Positions 1 to 9,139 of a DNA stretch of 64,000 nucleotides are shown here, piece by piece. The stretch is from assembly GCA_963769025.1 (NCBI GenBank), contig CAVYKI010000003.1:96001-160000 (forward strand). Reading direction: 5' to 3'. This DNA comes from an uncultured Verrucomicrobiae bacterium (GTDB lineage: Bacteria > Verrucomicrobiota > Verrucomicrobiia > Chthoniobacterales > Chthoniobacteraceae). Under the pieces are notes generated by a model, which searched no databases, was not told the origin of the DNA, and saw nothing but the letters and a program-made list of their open reading frames with translations. Each line of letters opens with the position of its first letter. The first letter of the stretch is position 1. The position numbers were made by a program, and so were the translations under genes.

Positions 1-808
1 CGCGCGGTGGCGATGCTGGCGGCCGTGATGCCGTAGCGTTTCCGGATTTCCTCGCAGTCGGCAGCAGCAGCCGGTCGAGCACCATGTCGCGCTCGGCGTG
101 GGCGCGTTTCGGATTCGTGAAAGGCGACGCCCTCGTCGGCGCGCGGATGATGCCCGCGATCATCGCCGCCTCGCTGAGCGAGAGGCTGGCCGCGGTTTTT
201 CCAAAGTACGCCTTCGACGCCATCTCGATGCCGTAAACGCCGCTGCCGAAATAGATGCGGTTCACGTAGTGGCTGAGGATTTCCTCCTTTGAGTACCTCT
301 GCTCGACGCGCAGCGCGACGAAAAGCTCGAGCAGCTTGCGGTCGAGGCTCTTTCGCTGGCCGAGCGAGTCGAAGCTGTTGCGCGCGAGCTGCTGCGTGAG
401 CGTGGAGCCGCCCTGCTGCTGGCCCTGCGCCGTGCGCACGAATGCGCGCGCGAGGCCCTTCGGATCGACGCCCGGATGGGAAAAGAAACGCGTGTCCTCG
501 CGGGCGAGCAGCGACGCGATGAAAAACGGCGACACGTCCGCGAGCGCCACGGCCACGCGATTTTCGCCCTGCAGCCGGCTCCAGATCTTGCCATCCATGT
601 CGAAGACCGTGCTCCTTTCCCGCATGTGCTCCACCTCGCGGATGTCCAGCCGCGACGCCCTCCACCAATAGACGCCGAGCACGAGCGCCACGAGAAAGGC
701 GGCGACGAAAGCCCACTTCAGAAAGAACCGCTTCCAGCGAAAGCGCGAGCGCGGCTTGTTCTGCTTCGAGCGCGAACGGCGCGCGGTGTTGGACGAACGG
801 CTGGACAA
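1..808 (-). CDS. Class A penicillin-binding protein (PBP1A family), N-terminal transglycosylase part; runs off the window edge
   Basis: Manual minus-strand translation from TTG at 808: basic N-terminus, TM helix, then GT51 motifs EDTRFFSHPGVD, GGSTLTQQLARN, RKLLE, KEEILSHYVNRIYFG. Not in the ORF track because it is open at the edge. Confidence 0.9.
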   Translation of the reverse strand, partial: MSSRSSNTARRSRSKQNKPRSRFRWKRFFLKWAFVAAFLVALVLGVYWWRASRLDIREVEHMRERSTVFDMDGKIWSRLQGENRVAVALADVSPFFIASLLAREDTRFFSHPGVDPKGLARAFVRTAQGQQQGGSTLTQQLARNSFDSLGQRKSLDRKLLELFVALRVEQRYSKEEILSHYVNRIYFGSGVYGIEMASKAYFGKTAASLSLSEAAMIAGIIRAPTRASPFTNPKRAHAERDMVLDRLLLPTARKSGNATASRPPASPPR

Positions 809-816
809 ATTGTGCG

Positions 817-961
817 GGTTGGGAGTTGAGGCGCTTCGCGGGTTGAGAGTTGAAAGTTGCGCGTCGGGAGCAAAAAACACCTCTCGACGCCCGACAGGCA
901 TTGCTCCGTAAGTAGCAGCCAACGCCCGCCTCTCGGCCCTCAATCACTCAACGTCTCAACC
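817..961. repeat. Short-period GTTGA(G/A) and CTCAAC inverted repeat cluster (REP-like) in a divergent intergenic region
   Basis: ggttgggagttgag and ggttgagagttgaaagttg (817-859) face ctcaat-ca-ctcaac-gt-ctcaacc (939-961). Confidence 0.45.
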
Positions 962-969
962 TGCCGCCC

Positions 970-1688
970 GTGCGCATCGACGTCCTCAGCCTCTTCCCCG
1001 CCATCGCCACCGCAGCCCTCTGCGAGAGCATGATGAAGCGCGCGCAGGAAAAGGGACTCTTCACTTTCAAGTCGCACGACCTCCGCGACTGGACACACGA
1101 CAAATACCGCCGCGCCGACGACGCGCCCTACGGCGGCGGGCAGGGCATGGTGATGAAATGCGAGCCCATCTTCGAGGCCGTGGAATCGCTGCGCACGCCT
1201 GAGACGCGCGTCGTCTTCATGGGCCCGTGCGGACGGCGCTTCGACCAGCGCATCGCGCAGGAATACTCCGGCTTTGGCAGGAGGCGGCCACCTCATCATC
1301 CTCTGCGGCCATTACGAAGGCGTGGACCAGCGCGTCCTCGACCATCTCGTGGACGACGAAATCTCCGTCGGCGACTACGTGCTGACCAATGGCGTCATCG
1401 CCGCCGTCGTCTTCGTGGACGCCATCGTGCGCCTCATCCCCGGCGTCCTCGGCGACGACGCCAGCGCGACCCGACGACAGCTTCGCCACCGGCCTCCTCG
1501 AGTTCCCCCACTACACGCGCCCGCCCGAGTTTCGCGGCTGGAAAATCCCCGACATCCTGCTCAGCGGCAACCACGCCCACATCGAACGCTGGCGCCGCGA
1601 GCAGGCCCTCGAACGCACCCGCCAGCGCAGGCCGGATTTGCTGCCGCCGGAGAATAAGTCAGACGACTTAGTGACCACTCTCGAATGA
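970..1688 (+). CDS. trmD: tRNA (guanine37-N1)-methyltransferase TrmD (frameshifted in assembly)
   Basis: [10 protein letters not shown]...[59 protein letters not shown], spread over three frames. Confidence 0.95.
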
Positions 1689-2875
1689 CAACACGATTTA
1701 TCCAAACTCTGCTGGCGTCGGCTGCTCATTGCGACGCCATCCGCACCAGCATCCGACCGAGCGGCCACGCGTGGCGTTGCTGTGGGTGCCATCCGTTGGG
1801 ATGCGTGGCACGGTGACGCGAGCGAGATCGGTCGCGCGATGCAGAAGAGTCTTTCGCCTAAACATTGGCAATGGCGACTCCCGTTCTTTGCCGAGGTGGC
1901 CAGGATGGGGTCGTGACCATCGCCGCAGACAGCGATGCGGTCATGACGCGCGAGATTGCTTATGCGCAGGCGGCGGTCGACTCGATTGACTGGGCTTTCG
2001 TCGCCTACGACGCAGAAAGCCCGATGAGCCGCGCGCTGAAGCGCTATCTGTGCAAATCCAGCCCGCGACAAGGTGCGCTTTTGCATGATTGGCGACGCGA
2101 GTCATTGGCGACCAGACAACTTTTGAATCGAGACAGCAGCAATCGCTAGTAACCATGTGCGACCACTCCAACCTCCTTCACGGACGTCCGCTCCTCTACA
2201 TCTTGACGGCTTTCGAATCCAACGAGACGGCGTCTGCGAAGGCCGGCTCGATTGGCGCGGCAGGCGGCGAGCGCTTGGCGCTGACCGCCCGGCCAGCAGC
2301 TCCGCGATTCCTTTCCCGTGCCGACGAGCTCGACAAGGCCCGAGGAAGGCGAAGGCATTTGCCGCCGCGGCAGCGGCTCGCGCTCGCCGAGTGCCTACTG
2401 GAGAGCGCGGAGGCACGGGCCGATCCCGATCGCGGAACGACGCGGTATGTCGAAGATTTCTGGAACCGCATCCGCGCCACGAGAGGGCCAGAGGCCGGTG
2501 TCCCTGGCGAGGACCGGCTGCGCTCGGCGGAAGCGCGTCTGGATCCGAGAACTCCGCTTTGTCGGAGAGGCGCAACGATGGATTTCTCGATGCGATCTCT
2601 TCTACGACGAAGCCCTGCCGGGATCGGCGGCGAGTCGAGGACGAGCCGTGGAGTGGAGCATCCAGCGGATTGCCAACCACCCCGATCTCACCGGCTCCGA
2701 CCGGTCGCATATCGCCGCATCAATCTCGACAAGGGATGGCTTTCCCCACTGCGGCCTACAGCGTCAGAGGAGAACCGCGTATGGGGTCTCGCTGTGGCTC
2801 ATGGCAGCCGCGAAATCGCCGCCTTGCTGCATTGCGCCTTTCCGCGCGGCGAAGTCGTGTCCCGATCGTCTGCTC
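1685..2875 (+). pseudogene. Heavily disrupted gene for a probable secreted GH99/WbsX-like protein
   Basis: ATG overlaps the trmD stop (ATGA). Fragments in changing frames: VGAIRWDAWHGD..WQWRLPFFAEV, DAVMTREIAYAQAA..DWAFVAY, GRPLLYIL, YVEDFWN, RDRRRVEDEPW. Family recalled from motif resemblance only. Confidence 0.45.
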
Positions 2876-2969
2876 GTGAAGCGCCCCGTCCTCTACATCC
2901 GCGGCCTCGTCGTCCATCGCGACGGCACGCTCATCCTCGACCGGCTCGACTGGCGCGTGCAGCGCGGCG
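2876..2969 (+). repeat. 94-bp direct repeat, copy 1 (truncated duplicate of the ABC-ATPase 5' end)
   Basis: Matches 3560-3653 with 5 mismatches; encodes VKRPVLYIRGLVVHRDGTLILDRLDWRVQRG. Confidence 0.95.
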
Positions 2970-2991
2970 GCGCGGCAGGGTGTTTCCGCCC

Positions 2992-3023
2992 TTGTTCCGA
3001 AATCGGGAGGCGATATTCTCCCG
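2992..3023 (+). promoter_or_regulatory. Putative sigma70 promoter of the TA cassette with an overlapping inverted repeat
   Basis: TTGTTC(2992-2997)-N16-TATTCT(3014-3019); IR CGGGAG(3004-3009)/CTCCCG(3018-3023); ATG at 3026. Confidence 0.5.
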
Positions 3024-3025
3024 GC

Positions 3026-3259
3026 ATGATTCTCGAAACCATTCCCGACGTGAGCCGGATGACGCCTGCCGAAAAGCTCCTTCTCGTCAGCGAGCTTTGG
3101 GATGATTTGGCCGCGCACCCGACCGAAGTGCCCGTGTCCCGCGAGCAGATTGCCGAACTCGACCGCCGCATGGAGGCATACCGCCGCGACCCCAGCCAGG
3201 TCACTTCATGGGAGGCCATCCAGCAGCGCATCCTCGGCAGGACTCTCGGCGGTGAGTGA
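3026..3259 (+). CDS. Addiction-module antitoxin (TIGR02574 / Unstab_antitox-like), 77 aa
   Basis: MILETIPDVSRMTPAEKLLLVSELWDDL...QIAELDRRMEAYRRDPSQVTSWEAIQQRIL fits the typical pattern; overlaps the toxin start. Confidence 0.88.
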   Translation: MILETIPDVSRMTPAEKLLLVSELWDDLAAHPTEVPVSREQIAELDRRMEAYRRDPSQVTSWEAIQQRILGRTLGGE

Positions 3260-3560
3260 GCTGGTCTTCCTGTTCATCGCCGACGCTGACATCCAGACCG
3301 CCTACGAATTTTACGAGGCATGTCAGACCGGGCGCGGCGAGATTTTCATGCGCCATCTCGATGTGGCTTTCGGACGCCTGCGCACTTTCCCGGAGGTTGC
3401 GCCTGTTTTTTCGGGGCTTACCGGCGGTTGCTCATCCACGGATTTCCATACGGCATTTTCTACACGCTCGAAGGACGCCGCATCATCATCTCAGGCGTGA
3501 TGGATCTCCGTCAGGATCCCGGTGTGATTCGCCGAAGGCTCGGCGGACAGAACGCGCTGA
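3252..3560 (+). CDS. RelE/ParE-family toxin (frameshift at the T-run near 3410; stop position uncertain)
   Basis: VSELVFLFIADADIQTAYEFYE..RGEIFMRHLDVAFGRLRTFPEVAPVF / GAYRRLLIHGFPYGIFYTLEGRRIIISGVMDLRQDP. Confidence 0.85.
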
Positions 3561-3653
3561 TGAAACGCCCCGTCCTCGACATCCGCGGCCTCGTCGTCCA
3601 TCGCGACGGGACGCTCATCCTCGACCGGCTCGACTGGCGCGTGCGGCGCGGCG
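3560..3653 (+). repeat. 94-bp direct repeat, copy 2 (intact ABC-ATPase 5' end)
   Basis: Matches 2876-2969. Confidence 0.95.
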
Positions 3654-4357
3654 AGCACTGGGTCATCCTCGGCGCGAACGGCTCCGGCAAGACTTCGCTC
3701 CTCAGCGCGCTCACCGGCTACCTCACGCCGAGCGCGGGCGAGATCGAACTGCTCGGCGAGACCTACGGCAATTCCGACTGGCGCGAACTGCGCAAGCGCG
3801 TCGGCCTCGTCAGTTCCGCCATCCGGCAAAAGGTCCCCGACTGGGACCCCGCCGGCCTCGTCGTCATCGGCGGAAAATACGCCATGCTCGACTACTGGGG
3901 CCGCGTCACCCGCGCCGACCGCGCCGAAGCCGCGAAGGTCATGCGCGCCACCGAGTGCGCGCATCTCGCGGAGCGCGAATGGGGCGTCCTCTCGCAGGGC
4001 GAACGCCAGCGCGTGCTCATCGCCCGCGCGCTCATGGCGAAGCCCGCCGTGCTCATCCTCGACGAACCGTGCGCCGGTCTTGATCCCGTCGCGCGCGAGC
4101 AATTCCTCGACTTCATGCAGCGCCTCGCGCGCGGAAGGTCGCGGGAAAACTCCCCCACGCTGCTCTTCGTCACGCATCACGTGGAGGAGATCGTCCCCGC
4201 CATCACGCACGCGCTGCTTCTGCGAGAAGGCCGCGTCACCGCCGCCGGCCCGGCGCGGAAAATCCTCACGGGCAAAAATCTCACGCACACTTTCGCCGCC
4301 CCGCTCCGCCTCCGCCGCCGCGACGGACGCTGGACGCTGCATCACAAGGCGGACTGA
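3560..4357 (+). CDS. ABC transporter ATP-binding protein (ModF/YlmA-like, single domain)
   Basis: Walker A GANGSGKT, signature LSQGERQR, Walker B ILDEPCAGLD, H-loop VTHH. Confidence 0.92.
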   Translation: MKRPVLDIRGLVVHRDGTLILDRLDWRVRRGEHWVILGANGSGKTSLLSALTGYLTPSAGEIELLGETYGNSDWRELRKRVGLVSSAIRQKVPDWDPAGLVVIGGKYAMLDYWGRVTRADRAEAAKVMRATECAHLAEREWGVLSQGERQRVLIARALMAKPAVLILDEPCAGLDPVAREQFLDFMQRLARGRSRENSPTLLFVTHHVEEIVPAITHALLLREGRVTAAGPARKILTGKNLTHTFAAPLRLRRRDGRWTLHHKAD

Positions 4358-4415
4358 GCACCGGGAGAAATGCCTTGCTGGGTCGGATGCCGCTTCCTAA
4401 GACGGCGGGACTCGC

Positions 4416-5460
4416 ATGCCCGCAGCGGCCCAACTTTCGCTGGTGGTTCCGTGCTTCAATGAACAGGAGGCGCTGCCTCATTTGCTCGAAGCACTGATCC
4501 CCGTGCTTGAACGGGAGGCAGGGCCGCACTGGGAGGTGATCCTGGTGGATGATGGAAGCTCGGACCGGACCTTCGAGATCATCGTGCAGGCGAACCTGAA
4601 GGATCCGCGCGTGAAGGGCGTTTCGCTAAGCCGGAACTTTGGCCATCAGCCGGCGGTGACGTGCGGGCTGGCGTTTGCCTCGGGCGAAGCCGTGGGGCTG
4701 ATGGACTGCGACCTGCAGGATTCGCCGGAGGTGCTCGCGCAGCTCTACCGCAAGGTCCGTGACGAAGGCTACGACATCGCCTACGCGGTGCGGGAAAAGC
4801 GCGACGCTTCGGTGGTGAAGAATTTCCTCTACCGGAATTTCTACCGGCTCATGCGCGGCGTGTCCGAGCACCGTGGACGGAGGATGCGGGCGATTTTTCC
4901 GTGTTCCACCGCCGGGTACACCAGACGATCCTCGGGATGCCGGAGGCCGTGCGCGTGCTGCGCGGGCTGCGTTCGTGGGTGGGCTTTCGAGCAGTGCGCA
5001 GTGCCCGTGGAACGCCCGCGGGCGCAAGCACGGGACGACGAAGTACAGCATGGTGCGGCTGTGCTCGCTGGGGCTGAGTTCCATCACGGGCTTCAGCTAT
5101 GTGCCGCTGCGACTGGCGAGCATGATCGGTTTGGGAATGGCCGCGCTCAGCCTGCTGCTCGGCGGGCTGTTCGTGCTGAACCGCATTTTTCCGAGGCTCA
5201 CCGTGCTGCACTACTGGATCGGTGCCAGCCCGGGCACGACGACGATCATCCTGATCCTGCTCGCCGTGTCGGCGATGCTTTTCCTCTGCCTCGGAGTCGT
5301 CGGGGAATATCTCATCGTCATGCTCAAGGAACTCAAACGCCGGCCCACGGCGATCGCGCGCGCAGTGATCGGAGATCTGAAATCAAACGCGTCGGTCAAC
5401 ATCCTGTCCGTGCCGGAACTCGACGCCGCCGACATTGCGGCGGGAAAGGAGTCCAGGTGA
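4416..5460 (+). CDS. GT2 polyprenol-phosphate glycosyltransferase (GtrB/ArnC-like), frameshifted
   Basis: LSLVVPCFNE, VDDGSSDRT, LSRNFGHQPA, MDCDLQDSPE; two C-terminal TM helices in ORF 4873-5460. Confidence 0.9.
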
Positions 5461-6224
5461 GGCCCGACATCAAATACCTCTCCAAGCCCGAGGGGGTGAG
5501 CATGGGGGACGCGTGGTTTTCCATCGCGTCGCTCAGGCATTTCTGGATTCGCCGGCGGTTTCAGGTGCTGCAAGAGCTCGCGGGCGATTTTCCGTGGCGC
5601 ACGTCGCGGCTCGGGGAGATCGGGTGCGGCTCGGGACTCGTGCAGCGGCAGGTGGAGGAGCACTTCGGCACGACGCTCGACGGCTTTGATCTGAACGAAT
5701 ACGCGCTCAAGGAATCCGTCTGCCAGACCAGCCAGCGCCATTGCTACAATATCTTCGCGCGCGACGCTGCGTACAAGGCCATCTACGACGGGATGATCCT
5801 CTTCGATGTCATCGAGCACCTCGATGACCACCGCGGATTTCTGGAGGCCGCGATGTTTCATGTGAAGCCGGGCGGGCGCGTGTTCATCAATGTCCCGGCG
5901 GATGCCGACCTCATGTCCGCTTACGACACGGCTGCGGGCCATGTGCGGCGCTACGGCGCGGAGGATCTGCTCGAACTTTGCAAGGCCTGCGGACTGCACG
6001 TGGAAAACTGGACCTATTGGGGCAGGCCGCTGAGGCCGCTGCTGCAGGTGCGCCGTTGGAAATTGCGCCATGCCACCGACGCGGATGCAATCCTCCGGTC
6101 CGGATTTGCGCCGCCGGGAGCGATCGGGAATGCGCTGCTGCTGCTGCTGAGCCGGTTCGAGTCCATCCCCCAGCATCGCGCCGGCTCCTCGCTCATGCTG
6201 GTCGCCCGGATGCCGCAAAGTTAG
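5457..6224 (+). CDS. Class I SAM-dependent methyltransferase
   Basis: GTG overlaps the GT stop; HFWIRRR, EIGCGSG, FDVIEHLDD, KPGGRVFINVPA, DTAAGHVRRY. Confidence 0.88.
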   Translation: MRPDIKYLSKPEGVSMGDAWFSIASLRHFWIRRRFQVLQELAGDFPWRTSRLGEIGCGSGLVQRQVEEHFGTTLDGFDLNEYALKESVCQTSQRHCYNIFARDAAYKAIYDGMILFDVIEHLDDHRGFLEAAMFHVKPGGRVFINVPADADLMSAYDTAAGHVRRYGAEDLLELCKACGLHVENWTYWGRPLRPLLQVRRWKLRHATDADAILRSGFAPPGAIGNALLLLLSRFESIPQHRAGSSLMLVARMPQS

Positions 6225-7235
6225 CGCATCCGGCAGCAGAGCGGCGGTTCACGCTTTGCAGTCCGCCGCGGGATCGGGACTCCTTGAACGCCGTCGCGAA
6301 CAACTCGGCGAACGTCGCGGGGAGTTTGGCACCGAAGGGAAGCATGCACCGCGCGGCATGATAGCCGAGCGCGCGGTAGCTCTCGAACTGTGATTCGCTG
6401 AAGAACTGATCGCCCGTCGTCTCATGCGGGAAATCCGGGTTGCTCGCCGCGTAGTTGGTCAGATCGACCGACTCGCCTCCGCAGAGCAGCGGCTTGATAT
6501 AAAGGATCCGGCCCGGCTTCCCGTCGCCGTAGTCGATCTCGCCGAGGGCCGCGCAGCAGCGCTCCTTCGCGTCCGCGCACTTCGCGACGCGGTCGAGGTT
6601 CCTGAAGGTGATGTCGATTCCGAGATCGATCCGGATTTTCCGCACCGTGCCGCCGAGCCCCTCGAACTGCGAGTCGCCGTCCTGCTCGGCGTCGATGAGC
6701 ACGATCCAGCGGCAGCGGCGCAGCACCATCTCGTAGAGCCCCATGTTGTCGAAGTGGCCGCCGTCCGAGAGCTGGACGTGGTCCGAGTCATCCCGCGTCT
6801 TCCCGAACAGCTCCGCGAGCAGCGGGACGAGCGCGTGCTTCGGCCCGTCCATCCGCCACGTGCCTTCGCATTTCGGGTTCCCCAGCCACCAGCCGAGCCG
6901 CACGTTGAAAATGGTCATCAGCAGCGTGAGCACGGGCGACGAGTGATAGCCTTGGTTCGGGTTTGCCGCGGCGCCGGAGATGGCCATCGCCGTGCCGAGC
7001 GAGATCCCGCCGCCAAAGGACTCGCTCCGGCGGTAGCCGATGCGGTGGTTGCCGCAGTGCAGCGGCGAGGCGGTGAAGGAATCGGCCATGCGCTCCTGCC
7101 ATGCGAGCTCGTCGGTATCCACGAGGTTCAGCGCCATCGTCACCACGTGGAAGAGCCGCTTCTTCGGCGCGAGATGGAAGTCGATGTTATCCTCAGGACG
7201 AAACCGTGAACGATGCGCCGCCGCGGTTTCTTCCT
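6193..7235 (-). pseudogene. C-terminal fragment of a patatin-like (PNPLA-type) large protein; 5' part missing or scrambled
   Basis: TAMAISGAAANPNQGYHSSP, FNVRLGWWLGNP, LSDGGHFDNMGLYEMVLRRC, FPHETTGDQFFSESQFESYRALG. No N-terminal GxSxG region is visible upstream. Confidence 0.7.
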
Positions 7236-7236
7236 C

Positions 7237-7567
7237 GCAGGAAAAGCCAACGCCATCCACTTCCTACTTGCGCGTCAAAGATCGACCGGCCCAAACCGAC
7301 ACGGCGGCGCCCACAGCAGCCCGAGCGGAACGCAGAACGCCGCGATCCCGGGAGATTCCGAAGCAGGAAAAGCCAACGCCATCCACTTCCTACTTGCGCG
7401 TCAAAGATCGACCGGCCCGGATCATCAGGATACCGGGAAAACAGCGCCAGAGGAGGAGTTGCGAGCAGCCGTGGCGATGGCGACGCGCCGCGGAAACCGA
7501 CACGGTTGCTGCCACACACAAGCCCTAGCGGAACCCTGAACGCCGCAAGTTTTCCGGAGATTCCAAG
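7237..7567. repeat. Interleaved direct repeats: identical 56-bp pair (7237-7292, 7363-7418) and a degenerate ~70-bp pair (7293-7362, 7494-7567)
   Basis: gcaggaaaagccaacgccatccacttcctacttgcgcgtcaaagatcgaccggccc occurs twice; aaaccgacacgg...agcggaac...gaacgccgc...ggagattcc occurs twice. Confidence 0.9.
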
Positions 7568-7672
7568 GTCGCCCTGCCGCCGCGTGGAGAGGTTCACGAT
7601 ACTCCGTCGCGGAGGCAGAAACGTGCCCCATTTGCTGCCAAAAAAATTTCTAATGGAGGTCCGCGCCTCGCG

Positions 7673-7702
7673 TTGACACGATGATTAATTCGCTGTTAAT
7701 TT
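7673..7702 (+). promoter_or_regulatory. Putative sigma70 promoter for the DUF1501-PSD1 operon
   Basis: TTGACA(7673-7678)-N18-TAATTT(7697-7702) with an extended -10 TG, 25 bp before the ATG. Confidence 0.55.
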
Positions 7703-7727
7703 CACCTCACCGCCACGACCACACCTC

Positions 7728-9121
7728 ATGAACATCTCCGAACACCGTCCTTCCACTGCTGACTTCTGCGTCACGCGCCGTCAGTTCCTCAACCGCTTCG
7801 GCATGGGCTTCGGCGCCCTGAGCCTCGCGGGCCTCCTCGGCGAGACCGCCAGCGCCGCCGCCAGCCTCTCGCCGACCACGCGCACGTGCGCCGCATTTCC
7901 CGGGCACGGCCAAGCGCGTCATCCACATCTTCTCGCAGGGCGGACCTTCGCACATCGACACGTGGGATCCGAAGCCGGGCATGGCGAAATACGCAGGCCA
8001 GGATGTGCCGCTCATCGGCGGTCTCCCGCTGCCGTCGGTTTTCAATTTCAGCAAGAGGGGCAAGAGCGGCATCGACGTGAGCGAGGTTTTCCCGAAGATC
8101 GGCGAGAGCATCGACGACATCGCGGTCATCCGCTCGATGACGACGGACATCCCGGCGCACGAATTTGCGACGCTGATGATGAACACCGGCTCGGGCCGGC
8201 TCGTGAAGCCCTCGATGGGCGCGTGGTCGCTCTACGGCCTCGGCACGGAGAACGAAAACCTGCCCGGCTTCATCGCACTCGGCGGCGGCCTCGGCGGCGC
8301 GGCGAACTGGCGCTGCGGGCTTCCTCCCCGGGGCCTTCCAAGGCACGCTCGTGAGCAGCGTCAGCCAGCCGGCGGAGAAAATCATCGAGAACATCAAGAG
8401 CCACTACGCAACGCTCGCGCAGCAGCGCAAGCAGCTCGACCTGCTCAAGCAGCTCAATGAGATGCACGCCGAACAGCTCAAGCGCGAGTCGGTCCTCGAG
8501 GCGCGCATCCAGTCGTTCGAGCTGGCGTTCAAGATGCAGACGGAGGCGATGGACGTCTTCGACGTCACCAAGGAGCCGGAGAACATCCGCGTCGATGTAC
8601 GGCGATTCCGAAACCGGCCGCCGCATGCTCGTCGCTCGCCGACTCGTGGAGAATGGCGTGCGCTTTGTCCAGGTCTGGGCCGGCGGCTGGGATCACCACA
8701 CCGACGTGAAGGGCAACCTCCGCAAGCAGGCCGAGAACATCGACCAGCCCATCGGCGCGCTCCTTCAAGGATCTCAAGCAGCGCGGCATGCTCAAGGACA
8801 CGCTGGTCGTCTGGGGCGGCGAATTCGGCCGCACCCCGCGCCACGACAAGGGCGCGCGCGGCGAACCCGGACGCGACCATCACCACAAGGCGTTCTGCTC
8901 GTGGATGGCCGGCGGCGGCGTCAAGGGCGGCCAGACCTACGGCGCAGACCGACGAGTTCGGCTACGATGTCGTGGACAACAAGGTCCACGTCCACGACCT
9001 GCACGCGACGATCCTTCATCTCCTCGGCTTCGATCACGAGAAGCTCACCTATCGCTACAACGGCCGCGATTTCCGTCTCACGGACGTCTTCGGCAATGTC
9101 GTGAAGGACCTCATCGCCTAA
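7728..9121 (+). CDS. DUF1501 domain protein with twin-arginine leader (frameshifted)
   Basis: [90 protein letters not shown]. Confidence 0.93.
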
Positions 9122-9139
9122 GCAGCCCCACTCCATATC

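Noticed and set aside
2318..3259. 313-aa ORF ending in an antitoxin domain
   Set aside because: Chance read-through of degraded sequence and the duplicated ABC fragment; the antitoxin has its own ATG and promoter at 3026.
4416..6224. 602-aa GT2-methyltransferase fusion in the ORF track
   Set aside because: Produced by frameshifts; the true GT2 C-terminus ends at 5460 with a GTGA overlap onto the methyltransferase start.
7237..7418. CRISPR array suggested by two identical repeats
   Set aside because: Only two 56-bp copies, the intervening sequence is itself repeated nearby, and there are no cas genes.
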